DNA from: Dehalococcoidia bacterium UBA2979
Lineage (GTDB): Bacteria; Chloroflexota; Dehalococcoidia; UBA2979
Assembly (NCBI GenBank): GCA_002348225.1
Contig: DEAP01000041.1
Span: forward strand, 5,047 to 69,046
Length of the DNA: 64,000 bases
Reading direction: 5' to 3'
Position 1 is the stretch's first letter, and each line of letters begins with the position of its first letter. The notes below the pieces were generated by a model. That model did not search any database and was not told where the DNA came from. It saw only the letters and a list, made by a program, of their open reading frames with translations. The position numbers were made by a program, and so were the translations under genes. Positions 28,743 to 39,015 of this stretch are shown here, piece by piece.

Positions 28743-29564
28743 ATGACAACTTATGAAGGATCCGACATACTTGTGAGCACCGAATGGCTCGCTGAGAATT
28801 TGGAAAATCCAAATTTTGTTCTTATAGACGCGGGAGAGGCGGATGCCTACCGCCGTGCACATATCCCGGGTGCTGTTGGAGTTCCGCATCCGTATCTAAA
28901 AGGACGTGGGAGCAAACTCGTGATGGAGGCGGCTGAATTTGAAAAAGCTTGTCAGCGCTGGGGGATTTCAAATGACACGTCGGTCATAATTTATGATGAC
29001 AACGCCTCCCTGCATGCTGCTCGAGTTTGGTGGGTGTTTCAATATTATGGGCATACTGATGTTCGTGTTGTCGATGGTGGTTTCAACGCCTGGCTGGACG
29101 AAAATAGACCACTCACTTCGAGAAATCCAAGACCAGAGCCTGGTACATTCAGTGCGACGGCACAACCTGAACAGGTCTGTTTAATTTCCGAATTGAAGAA
29201 CCGAGTATCCGACGGAAGTGCTCCGGCAATTTGGGACACTCGATCGGATGCCGAATGGGATGGATCGGAGGATAGAGGTAATGACAGAACTGGCCGGGTG
29301 CCTGGCGCAGTTCATCTTGAGTGGATACGGTTGATGCAAGGTCCACCTAGTAGACGGTTTCGCCCATTAGAGGAAATCAGATCCACGCTTGTCGAGGCAG
29401 GATTGAATCCTGATGGAGAAACTGTGACTTATTGCCAGTCGGGTATACGGGGAGCATTTGGGCACTTCATTCTGGCGTTGCTTGGGAATGCATCCGCGCG
29501 TAACTATGATGGTTCGATGTCCGAATGGACGTCGGACTCATCAGCTCCTTTGACGCTTGGGTAG
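28743..29564 (+). CDS. Rhodanese-domain sulfurtransferase (thiosulfate/3-mercaptopyruvate sulfurtransferase).
   Basis: It has two rhodanese domains and the catalytic Cys loop YCQSGIRGA. The start is set at the ATG preceded by a GGAG RBS. Confidence 0.85.
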   Translation: MTTYEGSDILVSTEWLAENLENPNFVLIDAGEADAYRRAHIPGAVGVPHPYLKGRGSKLVMEAAEFEKACQRWGISNDTSVIIYDDNASLHAARVWWVFQYYGHTDVRVVDGGFNAWLDENRPLTSRNPRPEPGTFSATAQPEQVCLISELKNRVSDGSAPAIWDTRSDAEWDGSEDRGNDRTGRVPGAVHLEWIRLMQGPPSRRFRPLEEIRSTLVEAGLNPDGETVTYCQSGIRGAFGHFILALLGNASARNYDGSMSEWTSDSSAPLTLG

Positions 29565-29570
29565 AATTAA

Positions 29571-30491
29571 TTATTGTTGTGTTTTGAGCCAAGCGACGGT
29601 CTTGGCGATCCCCTCAGACAGTGGAGTTGTGGGTGTCCATCCCCAAACTTTTCCGGCTTTATCAGAGTCCAAAGCAGACCGTCTTACATCGCCTGCGCGT
29701 GCCGGCGCATGTATCGGCTGCTGTCCGTAACCAATTGCCGAGGCTAGAAGCGCAAAAATTTGATTTGTGCTCGTCTCTATTCCGGTTCCGGCAAGGCATG
29801 TGTCTGGTGCCTTCTCCCCGGCTGCCATTAATATGTTCACGACGTCATCCACATAGATATAGTCCCGAGTGTCGTTGCCATCGCCAAAAACTGTGACATT
29901 CTCATCAGACAACATACGGGCACCGAAAATTGCTATCACACCCGCTTCGCCGAGGTGATTTTGCTCGGGTCCATAAATGTTCCCGGGCCTTACCACAGAC
30001 ACTGCTGTTTCAGTGCCGTATGTGAGGACTCGCAGATAATGTTCGACCGCAAGTTTTGATACTCCATATATTGATTGTGGATTTACTGAAGTGGATTCAC
30101 TGAAAGGGACTTCTGAACTGTCCCCATACATGGCTCCACCTGTCGACGTAAAAACTATTCTAGGTATAGAAAAATGGACTGCGGATTGAATTAGAGAAAC
30201 CGATGCGGTTACGTTATCTTGGATATCTTGTATTGGTTCGCGCGACGATACCGACACCGACGTTTGAGCAGCTAAGTGGAAGATCATATCCGGACTCGTG
30301 TCGGCTATGAGCTCGTCGATGATTGGACGGTTAGACAAATCGATCGTGTGGTAGTGAACTTCGTCAATGAAAGTGGGAGGTTGTTCTTTGTCGACAGCGA
30401 CAATGCGGTGGTTACTTCCGTTGAGTCTTCGCAAGAGATGTTGCCCTACGAATCCAGAAGAACCAGTCACCAGAATACACTTCTGCGGCAT
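29571..30491 (-). CDS. NAD-dependent epimerase/dehydratase family protein.
   Basis: It has ILVTGSSGFVGQHL Rossmann motif and YxxxK, with an extended SDR architecture. Confidence 0.85.
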   Translation of the reverse strand: MPQKCILVTGSSGFVGQHLLRRLNGSNHRIVAVDKEQPPTFIDEVHYHTIDLSNRPIIDELIADTSPDMIFHLAAQTSVSVSSREPIQDIQDNVTASVSLIQSAVHFSIPRIVFTSTGGAMYGDSSEVPFSESTSVNPQSIYGVSKLAVEHYLRVLTYGTETAVSVVRPGNIYGPEQNHLGEAGVIAIFGARMLSDENVTVFGDGNDTRDYIYVDDVVNILMAAGEKAPDTCLAGTGIETSTNQIFALLASAIGYGQQPIHAPARAGDVRRSALDSDKAGKVWGWTPTTPLSEGIAKTVAWLKTQQ

Positions 30492-30607
30492 GGGGTTTTC
30501 TCACTTTCTGAGCGAGATAGTCAACTTTCCTTAAGATTATTTCATGTTTGATGATTATACATATGACTCATCTTTGACAGGGTGCTATTATTCATCACGA
30601 TTAACTT

Positions 30608-30695
30608 TGTCCCGCTGGGGGGGCCGTACGGCTGAGATCCTTGGAATATAGGACTACCCCGAGAACCTGAACTCGGTAATTCGAGCGGAGGAAAG
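30608..30695 (+). promoter_or_regulatory. TPP (THI-box) riboswitch.
   Basis: The sequence CCGCUGGGGGGGCC...GGCUGAGA...ACCCCGAGAACCUGAACUCGGUAAUUCGAGCGGAGGAA matches the conserved TPP aptamer cores (GGGG.GCC, GCUGAGA, ACCC...GAACCUGA.C.GGUAAU.C.GCG.AGG). P1 is CCGCU/AGCGG. It lies 5' of the ykoF-thiXYZ-like operon. Confidence 0.85.
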
Positions 30696-30801
30696 CGAAG
30701 GAAGAGTTGTAGAACTTGTTTCTACTCTGCTCAGATCTCCACGTAATCTCCGCAATTACCAATAGTCTCAGGCTAATGAAGGCAGTTGTTAGGAGAAATT
30801 T

Positions 30802-31098
30802 ATGCTCGCTGAGATACAAGTAATTCCACAGCCTTCGGGGACGGCGACGAATGAATATGAGTATGTTGAGGCCGCAATAGATTTGATCCAGGAATCAGGT
30901 TTGTCATATGAGGTGGGGGCATTGGGTACTTCCATTGAGGGACCTTCAGATGAAGTCTGGGATTTGCTTCGCCGTGTGATCGAAATTTCGGTTGAGTCGG
31001 GTGCAGAATCGGCACTGGCACAGATTAAAATTGGTTATTTCCCGGGTGAAGAGAAAAGTATTGCGGGTCTTACCAGCAAGTTCAGAGTAAACCGATGA
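30802..31098 (+). CDS. YkoF/MTH1187 family thiamine/HMP-binding protein.
   Basis: It is a 98-aa DUF77-type protein (MLAEIQVIPQ...YEVGALGTSIEGP...). An AGGAG RBS precedes it, and it is the first gene after the TPP riboswitch. Confidence 0.8.
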   Translation: MLAEIQVIPQPSGTATNEYEYVEAAIDLIQESGLSYEVGALGTSIEGPSDEVWDLLRRVIEISVESGAESALAQIKIGYFPGEEKSIAGLTSKFRVNR

Positions 31099-31901
31099 TC
31101 CTTCACAGTGTAAAACTCAGATGTAGTCTTCATGGGGTTTCACTTCCACTTTTGGTCATTGCTGGCTTGCTGCTGCTATGGGAAATTTTAGTCAGTATCA
31201 ATGATGTGCCCGCGGGGATACTTCCACCTCCTAGCAAGATTATGCAGGAATCATTTTTCCTTCGTGAACAATTGATGGGACATGCTCTCACCACGATGAC
31301 TGAAGCAGTTGTGGGTCTGGTTCTTGCGGCACTGCTAGGCACAGTCGTTGCTGGAGCGCTAGCGAGTTTGGCAATTCTTAGGAAGGCCCTCCTCCCAATA
31401 CTAGTAATCTCACAGAATATTCCAATGATGATTCTCGCTCCGCTGATTGTCGTTTGGTTTGGTTTTGGTATCGAACCAAAAATTGCGGTCGTAACATTAG
31501 TGTGTTTTTTCCCGATTGCTGTAAGTTCCGCAGATGCGTTGATGAATGCAGATAAAGATCTACTCGACCTGATGAAATCCATGGGGGCTAGTAGGCTACA
31601 AGTACTGCGTTATGTGCGAATTCCTCAAGCAGTACCTTCATTTTTTTCGGGTTTGCAGATTGCCGCAACATATGCGGTGCTGGGGGCCGTATTCGCTGAA
31701 TTTTCAGGGGGTACGTCAGGTCTGTGGATCTTCATAGGCCGCTCCCAGCGGGCATACCGCACCGACCAGGTGTTTGCCGCGGTATTTTTAATTGCCATTT
31801 TGAGCATTGTGCTCTTTTTGTTGGTTCGTTGGATGGCGCACATTTCGACTCCGTGGAATCGAGTCGGTTCAGACGCTGACCTTCGTGAGCAGGGGAAATA
31901 A
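31095..31901 (+). CDS. ABC transporter permease (NitT/TauT type, ThiX-like).
   Basis: It has 6 TM helices and the EAA-like loop. Its start overlaps the ykoF stop in an ATGA junction. Confidence 0.8.
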   Translation: MILHSVKLRCSLHGVSLPLLVIAGLLLLWEILVSINDVPAGILPPPSKIMQESFFLREQLMGHALTTMTEAVVGLVLAALLGTVVAGALASLAILRKALLPILVISQNIPMMILAPLIVVWFGFGIEPKIAVVTLVCFFPIAVSSADALMNADKDLLDLMKSMGASRLQVLRYVRIPQAVPSFFSGLQIAATYAVLGAVFAEFSGGTSGLWIFIGRSQRAYRTDQVFAAVFLIAILSIVLFLLVRWMAHISTPWNRVGSDADLREQGK

Positions 31902-31923
31902 TTTAGAAGAAAAGGAAGTGACT

Positions 31924-32913
31924 ATGTTACTCAAACGATTTGGATTGCTATTTATGATCATGTTGGTGGGTATTGCTGTTACAGCTTGTTCGGCAGATGA
32001 CCCGAAAGAGATGCGTGACGTGACGGTGATGCTGGATTGGACACCGAATACGAATCATGCCGGAATATATTTAGCCAAGCATAAGGGTTGGTACGAGGCA
32101 GAAGGAATCAATCTGTCAATAATCGAACCTGCTGAAGTTGGCGTGGAGGCGGCAGTTGCCGCGGGGACCGCTCACTTCGGTTTTTCGTACTCAGAATATG
32201 TAATTCCTGCGAGGCAAATGGATGTAAATGTAGTATCCATTGCTGCCGTGATGCCTTACAACGATTCTAGTTTGATGCTTTTGGAATCAGCAGGTGTCTC
32301 ACGACCTCGGGATCTTGCCGGGAAATTATACGGAGGTTGGGGAGGACTTCTTGAAACACATTTAGTCAAAACTTTGGTGGCATGTGATGGAGGCGATGCA
32401 GACACTGTGGAATTCGTCGAGGTTGGCAACGTACCTGCCGTAGAAAGTATGGAGGCGAATCGGTTTGATTTTGTGTGGGAATATGAGGGCTGGGGAGTTA
32501 TAAGATCCAGAGAATTGCTTGGTAGACAAATCACCACACTTAGATTCAGCGATTATTTCGAATGTATCCCAAATTGGTATACACCAGTGATCATCACTGG
32601 CGACAAACTAATTGACGCCGACAGTGGGCTCGTCGAAGATTTTCTTGCAGTCACAAGACGTGGTTACACCGAAGCTGGTGAAGATCCAAGTGCATCAGCG
32701 CTGGCGTTGACCTCATTGGCTCCCGAATTAGATGCAAAACTGGTGGAGCTTGCAGCGATATATCATGCTGACAAGTATCGGGACGGAAACAAAAAGTGGG
32801 GGATCCAGAAAAAGGATGTATGGGAAGAGTTCTCAGAGTTCCTGCTCGATGCGGGATATCTTGAATCAGCCCCAGATGTTGGAAGCAACTGGACAAATGA
32901 CTATCTTCCGTAG
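31924..32913 (+). CDS. ABC transporter substrate-binding lipoprotein, NMT1/THI5-like (ThiY-like, HMP-binding).
   Basis: It has a lipoprotein signal (LVGIAVTAC) and an NMT1/THI5-like periplasmic-binding fold. An AAAGGAAG RBS precedes it. Confidence 0.8.
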   Translation: MLLKRFGLLFMIMLVGIAVTACSADDPKEMRDVTVMLDWTPNTNHAGIYLAKHKGWYEAEGINLSIIEPAEVGVEAAVAAGTAHFGFSYSEYVIPARQMDVNVVSIAAVMPYNDSSLMLLESAGVSRPRDLAGKLYGGWGGLLETHLVKTLVACDGGDADTVEFVEVGNVPAVESMEANRFDFVWEYEGWGVIRSRELLGRQITTLRFSDYFECIPNWYTPVIITGDKLIDADSGLVEDFLAVTRRGYTEAGEDPSASALALTSLAPELDAKLVELAAIYHADKYRDGNKKWGIQKKDVWEEFSEFLLDAGYLESAPDVGSNWTNDYLP

Positions 32914-32927
32914 ATCAGGAATCGAAG

Positions 32928-33707
32928 ATGCGACTTCTCACGGTTACAGGCCTAGCACACAGATTCGAACGGAGCGGAGTATCGTCATTAAGTGAGCCTA
33001 TCCAAGCTATAGGTAATCTCGATCTGCATTTGGAAGCCGGCGAGTTTGTCAGTATCGTGGGGCCGAGTGGATGCGGGAAGAGCACACTTTTGAAGATACT
33101 CGCGGAACTCATTGAGCCGAGCGAAGGCCACATCAGTTGTTCTCGAGCGGGCGGTAGTCTTCGTGAAGTTGTGTCTTATATGCCGCAAACTGATTCATTA
33201 TTGCCTTGGCTTCGAGTTAGACAAAATGCGCTACTAGGGGCTCGAATTGCTGGTGTGGATGTTCAGAATGCAGAGCGTGAATTCGATCGTTTGACCGATC
33301 AATTTGGTCTGAGAGGGTTTGAAAATGCATGGCCTGCTCAGTTATCAGGGGGGATGCGACAAAGACTGGCACTGATGAGGACATTCTTGATGCCTCGAGA
33401 GATCATGTTGTTTGACGAACCTTTTGGATCTTTGGACGCGATCACTCGTCGGGAGATGCATCAGTGGTTACAGTCGGTCTGGACAGAAACTAATAGATCA
33501 GGATTGTTGGTGACTCATGATGTAGAAGAAGCTCTGTTTTTATCAGACAGAGTGTATGTTATGACTGGGCGGCCAGGCCGTATGCATGATGAGATTGATG
33601 TCAATTTCGTTCGTCCCAGAACGGTTCAGCTCTCTACTGACCCAGAATTTGTCACGATGAAAAGCAGGCTTCTTGAAAGTCTGGAGGTAGGCATGACTAG
33701 CGATTAG
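32928..33707 (+). CDS. ABC transporter ATP-binding protein (ThiZ-like).
   Basis: It has Walker A GPSGCGKST, the signature LSGGMRQR, and Walker B MLFDEPF. Confidence 0.85.
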   Translation: MRLLTVTGLAHRFERSGVSSLSEPIQAIGNLDLHLEAGEFVSIVGPSGCGKSTLLKILAELIEPSEGHISCSRAGGSLREVVSYMPQTDSLLPWLRVRQNALLGARIAGVDVQNAEREFDRLTDQFGLRGFENAWPAQLSGGMRQRLALMRTFLMPREIMLFDEPFGSLDAITRREMHQWLQSVWTETNRSGLLVTHDVEEALFLSDRVYVMTGRPGRMHDEIDVNFVRPRTVQLSTDPEFVTMKSRLLESLEVGMTSD

Positions 33708-35058
33708 TCTGACCACCCCGAGCAATCCGCATGAGTTCCAAGATGTCTGTAGTATTGGCAATATCCTCTAATCCTGAGAGGAGCTGTTGCGCTTCTTGGG
33801 TGCCTATTACCGGATGAGTTAAGTCGTTGAATTTCTTAGTTAACTTTTCGTCACTGAGTGGATTCTTTGGTGAGCCGGATGCATGTTCGATATGAACCTG
33901 ATACGTCATCCCGTCTAAGGTCCGTATCGAAGCATCAGTTTCATCTTCTTGAAACGAATTGTTGATGGTTGCTTGTATCTTTGCTCGCAGGGCCTGTACT
34001 TCTGGTTCGTTCACGCGAAGGTCGGAAAATTGTTCATCAGTCCCTGATCCATAAATGAGTGCGGTTGCAGCACAATGCTGAAATGAGAATTTTGCATCTA
34101 GTCCGGTTGTAGGGTTTGGTCTGTCCATAAGTTCAAAAACTAACGGGTGTACCTGGAGGTTGATCTCTTCGATACTTTCGTGAGCGAGTTTGTGTTCGTT
34201 TCGCAGAGTAATAATGGCATCTTGAATAGGATGTGAAACGACGCCGTTAGCGTAAGGCTTCAGTCCATTGTTGAGTAATTCCCATCTGGTACCTAATCCT
34301 TCAGTAATGCGGCTGGGATCGAATCCATCCGAGGAATACACAGCTGGCCATCCTCTCCGGCCACTTAGTATTTGTGTAGGGCCATCAAATCCATTCTGTA
34401 TCAGCAACGCGGAATGAACACCTGACGAGGCGGCGTGACCAGCATGCAGTGGTTTACCCGCTGTACCAAATGTTTCCCGGACTCCAGCAGATTGTGTGCC
34501 GGCCAATCCCAAGGCTTGGATTGTTTGCTCGGGCGAGAGTTCTAATAGACGACTGGCTGCTGCTGCTGCCCCAAAAACGCCTGCCGTCCCGGTGATGTGC
34601 CACCCTTGGTCGTAGTGCCAGGGGTGTACCGAATTTGCGACTCTACAAGCCACCTCGAGACCAATCATCCCCGCCAACAATGTATCGGTACCAGACATTT
34701 TTTTGGTTTCTGCTATCGCGAGTGTTGCCGGCCATATCGGAGCAGAGGGATGTAACACGGTTGGGAAGTGCGTGTCATCAAAATCTTGAAGATGGGCAAG
34801 ATAACCATTCGAGAATGAGGATTGTTGAAGGTTGGCTTGAAGGCCCATACCGATTACGGTTGCGAGCGCATTCCCTCCCTCTTGTTGGATCAGTGAGGCG
34901 AGTGAGTTGGCTGTTGGATGTTTAGAACCGGATAAGGCTACTGCAAAAAAATTGATTAGTGTCCTAGTTGTTTCGTGCTGAATTCGTTTATCCACGCTAT
35001 CGATCTGAATATCATGGATGAATTCTGCTAGAACCGCTTCAGTGCTCGTACTCGACAT
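33697..35058 (-). CDS. MmgE/PrpD family protein (2-methylcitrate-dehydratase-like).
   Basis: It is a 453-aa two-domain MmgE/PrpD architecture with conserved N-terminal helical domain motifs. Confidence 0.8.
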   Translation of the reverse strand: MSSTSTEAVLAEFIHDIQIDSVDKRIQHETTRTLINFFAVALSGSKHPTANSLASLIQQEGGNALATVIGMGLQANLQQSSFSNGYLAHLQDFDDTHFPTVLHPSAPIWPATLAIAETKKMSGTDTLLAGMIGLEVACRVANSVHPWHYDQGWHITGTAGVFGAAAAASRLLELSPEQTIQALGLAGTQSAGVRETFGTAGKPLHAGHAASSGVHSALLIQNGFDGPTQILSGRRGWPAVYSSDGFDPSRITEGLGTRWELLNNGLKPYANGVVSHPIQDAIITLRNEHKLAHESIEEINLQVHPLVFELMDRPNPTTGLDAKFSFQHCAATALIYGSGTDEQFSDLRVNEPEVQALRAKIQATINNSFQEDETDASIRTLDGMTYQVHIEHASGSPKNPLSDEKLTKKFNDLTHPVIGTQEAQQLLSGLEDIANTTDILELMRIARGGQTNR

Positions 35059-35132
35059 TTATAACCTCATTCTCAATCCTAAAGATATTTAGTTTCCGGA
35101 AGCGCTACCATCTTCAAAGATACAACAATTGT

Positions 35133-36080
35133 TTGATTATTGAGGGGGACGCAGTGAGCTTAGATCCAATAGTGGAGAAATATCTGAGAGAGCAGGCAGC
35201 CTTAGGGGCTCCACCGCTCAGTGAATTGGAGCCTGAACAGGTCCGACAGGGGTTGAAAGCTGCAGGCACTGGCCCTGGTCCTGATGTTCATTCAATTGAA
35301 GATATGGAGGCTGCCGGCCCAGAAGGTCCGATACCAGTACGTATATACCGCCCATCCGAGGAAAAGGATCTTCCTGCACTTGTATATTTCCATGGGGGTG
35401 GTTGGGTAATTGGTGATCTCGATTGGAATGATGGAATGTGCCGTCAACTCTGTGATATCAGTGGGTCTGTTGTCATATCGGTGAATTATCGACATGCTCC
35501 TGAGTATCCGTATCCAGCCGCCGCAGACGACGCTTATGCCGGTACTGTATGGGCATTTCAGAATGCGTCCCGACTTGGTATCAGTGAGACGCGTATCGCA
35601 GTAGGTGGGTGGAGCGCTGGTGGCAATCTTGCGGCGGTTGTGTGCCTGATGCTCCGGGACAGAGGTGGCCCAAAAGTAGTGCATCAGTTGATGATTTGTC
35701 CTGCGACTAGTGGTGCTATGGATACTGAATCGTACTTGACTCGTGCGGAGGGATTTGGACTGACCGCCGACACGATGGAATGGTTCTGGAATCACTATGA
35801 TCCGAGCGGTCAGTCTCGGGAGGAACCCTACGCATCACCCATAGATGCTCCGGATCTGAGTAATCTGCCGGACGCTCACATCATAACTGCAGACTACGAT
35901 CCGCTTCGAGACGAAGGGATTGAGTATGCAGAAATGCTTGAGTCTAGTGGTGTCAATGTGATTGCTACGAATTACGAAGGGCAGATTCATACGTTTGTAA
36001 GAGAGACAGACATTTTCCCGGCAGGGAGAGAAGCACTGGAAGAAGCTGCACATGTACTCCGGGAAAAATTTGAGGAGTAG
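35133..36080 (+). CDS. Alpha/beta hydrolase (HSL-like esterase/lipase).
   Basis: It has the HGGGW oxyanion motif and a GWSAGGNLA nucleophile elbow. Confidence 0.85.
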   Translation: MIIEGDAVSLDPIVEKYLREQAALGAPPLSELEPEQVRQGLKAAGTGPGPDVHSIEDMEAAGPEGPIPVRIYRPSEEKDLPALVYFHGGGWVIGDLDWNDGMCRQLCDISGSVVISVNYRHAPEYPYPAAADDAYAGTVWAFQNASRLGISETRIAVGGWSAGGNLAAVVCLMLRDRGGPKVVHQLMICPATSGAMDTESYLTRAEGFGLTADTMEWFWNHYDPSGQSREEPYASPIDAPDLSNLPDAHIITADYDPLRDEGIEYAEMLESSGVNVIATNYEGQIHTFVRETDIFPAGREALEEAAHVLREKFEE

Positions 36081-36192
36081 ATAGGTTTTTTGGTCTGGGA
36101 ACTCAATAAGAATTCGGCTAACAAAAATTCCTAGTTCGTGCTAACATTCCGCAGCGAGACTGTTACTGAGTGCTAGAGCTTGAGGGGGCTAG

Positions 36193-37146
36193 ATGCAGCG
36201 ATACATCCTACGACGAATCGTTCTCATGGTGCCGACGTTGTTTGGGACCACTTTCTTGGTGTTCGCGATGATGCGTTTAATGCCGGGAGATTTTACAGAC
36301 TTTCTAGGTGGTGACTTCGGAGCCTTAGATGCTGAAACGAAGGCCTTAATACAGGCTGAATTTGGGTTAGACCAAAACTGGGCTGTTCAGTACGTCGGTT
36401 GGATTGCTGACTTGCTTCGAGGAGATTTCGGGGTGAGTGTATACAGTGGTAGACCGATTAACGAGGATCTAATTCAACGGCTTCCTATCACGCTAGAGTT
36501 AGGGATACTTGCAATGGTGATCAATGTCATTATTGGTATTCCAATTGGTATTATTTCGGCAATACGTCAGTTTTCCTGGTATGACTATGTTGGCCGTGCA
36601 AGCGCTATAGGCCTTCTGGCAGTTCCCAATTTTTGGATTGCATTACTGGCTATCGCATTGGCTGGCAAGTACGCTCTGTGGGCTGTTCCGACACCGACAT
36701 ATCCGGGTTTACTAGAAGATCCTATTGAGAATATCAGATTTATGTTGTTCCCAGCGATTCTTACAGGAGCAGCAGGTGCTGGATACCAAATGCGATTTGG
36801 CCGGACTGCGATGCTGGAAGTCATGCGACAGGACTACATCAGAACTGCATGGTCAAAGGGCCTCCAGGAGAGAGCTGTGATTATTAAACATGGTCTGCGT
36901 AATGCGTTGATTCCTATCGTGACGGTGATAGGCTTATTTCTCCCCGGTCTAATTGGCGGCACAGTGGTCATAGAGACAATCTACTCAATTCCTGGGATGG
37001 GAAGATATTTCATACATGCACTAAATGGACGAGATTTGTTCATCGTACAGGCGCTGGCGGTGATATTTACACTTGTAGTTATTTTTTCGAACTTCGTAGT
37101 TGATATTTTGTATTCGGTATTAAATCCGAGGATAAGGTACTCATAA
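36193..37146 (+). CDS. ABC transporter permease (peptide/nickel type, DppB-like).
   Basis: It has 6 TM helices and an N-terminal DppB-like extension. Confidence 0.85.
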   Translation: MQRYILRRIVLMVPTLFGTTFLVFAMMRLMPGDFTDFLGGDFGALDAETKALIQAEFGLDQNWAVQYVGWIADLLRGDFGVSVYSGRPINEDLIQRLPITLELGILAMVINVIIGIPIGIISAIRQFSWYDYVGRASAIGLLAVPNFWIALLAIALAGKYALWAVPTPTYPGLLEDPIENIRFMLFPAILTGAAGAGYQMRFGRTAMLEVMRQDYIRTAWSKGLQERAVIIKHGLRNALIPIVTVIGLFLPGLIGGTVVIETIYSIPGMGRYFIHALNGRDLFIVQALAVIFTLVVIFSNFVVDILYSVLNPRIRYS

Positions 37147-38117
37147 TGGCATCAGCAGCACAACAGGAAGACACCCAGGAAATTCTCTTCGGCATGCGAC
37201 AGGCTGATGAGAGGCCTCTATACAAGAAGGCTGTTGCTGGAACTAAAAGCTTTGCCGTCAAATACCCGATGGGAATGGTTGGCGCGGTAATTATGGTCTT
37301 GCTTGTTGCTATGGCTATTGTTCCAGCCCTTTTCACGCCGCTAAGCGTCCAAAAAGCTGACTCAATCATTGGTATACATATTGGTGACCGATTCGAATCG
37401 CCAGGTTCACAATGGTGGTTTGGAACAAATGCATTAGGTCGTGATATGTACGGTCGGTTGATATACGGTGCTCGTACAGCAATTATGATTGGGTTCGGTG
37501 CAGTCATTCTGGCGAAGCTACTTTCTACTTTCATTGGAACAGTCTCTGCGTTTTTCGGAGGGTGGATTGACGCTGCAATTCAGCGGGTTGTTGAAATGGT
37601 TCAATCAATTCCGACTCTGATATTTTTGATTTTGTTTGTAGTAATGCTTGAACCACGACTGCCTGATATCGGACCCTTGTCGTCCGATATGTTGGTAATC
37701 CTTCTTGTAGTGGCTGTGCATTCTGGGTTTGTGTCGTCACGAACGGTTAGAGGTGTTGCCTTGTCCCTGCGTGAGGAGGTCTATGTTGAAGCTGCTCAGG
37801 CACTTGGGGCTTCGGATGCGCGGATTATGGCTAAGCATATGGTTCCAAATCTCTTTGCCTATGTCATCGTTTCGGCATCACTCTTCGTGGGAGCAGCTGT
37901 ACTGTTAGAGTCATCACTCTCGTTCCTTGGATATGGTGTTCAGCCACCAGCTCCGTCTTGGGGTCGTGAGCTTAATGAAGCTCGTGAAGAACTTGCTCGG
38001 TATCCACATTTGGCATTTTTCCCGGGATTATTTATTTTCGCTACGGTATGGTCTTTTAACATGTTTGGTGATGCTTTGAGAGATAGACTTGATCCGCGTC
38101 TTAGAGGATCTACCTAG
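37146..38117 (+). CDS. ABC transporter permease (DppC-like).
   Basis: It has 6 TM helices and is coupled to the preceding permease by a 1-nt overlap. Confidence 0.85.
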   Translation: MASAAQQEDTQEILFGMRQADERPLYKKAVAGTKSFAVKYPMGMVGAVIMVLLVAMAIVPALFTPLSVQKADSIIGIHIGDRFESPGSQWWFGTNALGRDMYGRLIYGARTAIMIGFGAVILAKLLSTFIGTVSAFFGGWIDAAIQRVVEMVQSIPTLIFLILFVVMLEPRLPDIGPLSSDMLVILLVVAVHSGFVSSRTVRGVALSLREEVYVEAAQALGASDARIMAKHMVPNLFAYVIVSASLFVGAAVLLESSLSFLGYGVQPPAPSWGRELNEAREELARYPHLAFFPGLFIFATVWSFNMFGDALRDRLDPRLRGST

Positions 38118-38181
38118 GGGCAGTTGCTGAGCCGAATACCAGCCTCCTGCAGTATAAAGAGTAGGATTATTGCGCTTAGGT

Positions 38182-39006
38182 TTAAGGCAGTAATAACACT
38201 ACGGTGATAACAGCGGCTAGGGTGAATCTGTACCAGACAAACATTTGTAGTGAATGGTTTTCGAGGTATCTAATAAGATATTTAATCACTAGAAGCCCAC
38301 AAGCGAAGGAAGTTAGAATTCCGACTGCAAAATTGGCAAGAGTACCGTTATGCTCTGTCAAATCGGCACCGATAATTGTAAATAGACCAGCTCCGAAAAT
38401 GATAGGTAAGGCCAATAGAAATGACAATTCTGCCGAATCCCTTCGGGAGATTCCTAGTAGTCTTGCAGCGCCGATCGTCATTGCTGAGCGTGAGAATCCG
38501 GGAACAAGCGCAATTGCTTGCGCTAATCCAATAGAAATCGCATCACGTATACGTAATCGGTTGATCCCTGATGTTATTTCCTGATTACTGTCACTTTTCC
38601 AGAGGAAGATCCCTCCAACCGTGAGTGTAAGGACAATCAGCCACGGTTCTCTAGTGTATGTCTCAATAATTTCGTGAAGAAAGAATCCAGCTACGGCAGC
38701 TGGTACTGTCGCAATTAGAATGATTGTGGCTTGTTGGTGGCCTGTAGGTTCAGTGCTTGATCCGACAAGATATTTTGCACTTGCGACGATCAATGTCGCA
38801 ATACGTTTTCTGAAATAGACGGCTACCGCTAATCCAGTCCCTACGTGAAGACTGACATCAAATAAGAGTGAGTCGAGCGAGGAATCAAGAACGTCTTGGG
38901 CGATCACGAGGTGCCCTGATGAAGAGATAGGGAGGAATTCCGTGATTGCCTGCAAAATGCCAAGTAGGAAAGCTGAGGCGATATCGACGTTAGTAGCAGG
39001 TTGCAT
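38182..39006 (-). CDS. uppP: Undecaprenyl-diphosphate phosphatase.
   Basis: The N-terminal motif GILQAITEFLPISSSGHLVI and 8 TM helices identify the BacA/UppP family. Confidence 0.9.
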   Translation of the reverse strand: MQPATNVDIASAFLLGILQAITEFLPISSSGHLVIAQDVLDSSLDSLLFDVSLHVGTGLAVAVYFRKRIATLIVASAKYLVGSSTEPTGHQQATIILIATVPAAVAGFFLHEIIETYTREPWLIVLTLTVGGIFLWKSDSNQEITSGINRLRIRDAISIGLAQAIALVPGFSRSAMTIGAARLLGISRRDSAELSFLLALPIIFGAGLFTIIGADLTEHNGTLANFAVGILTSFACGLLVIKYLIRYLENHSLQMFVWYRFTLAAVITVVLLLP

Positions 39007-39015
39007 AGTTGTAGC

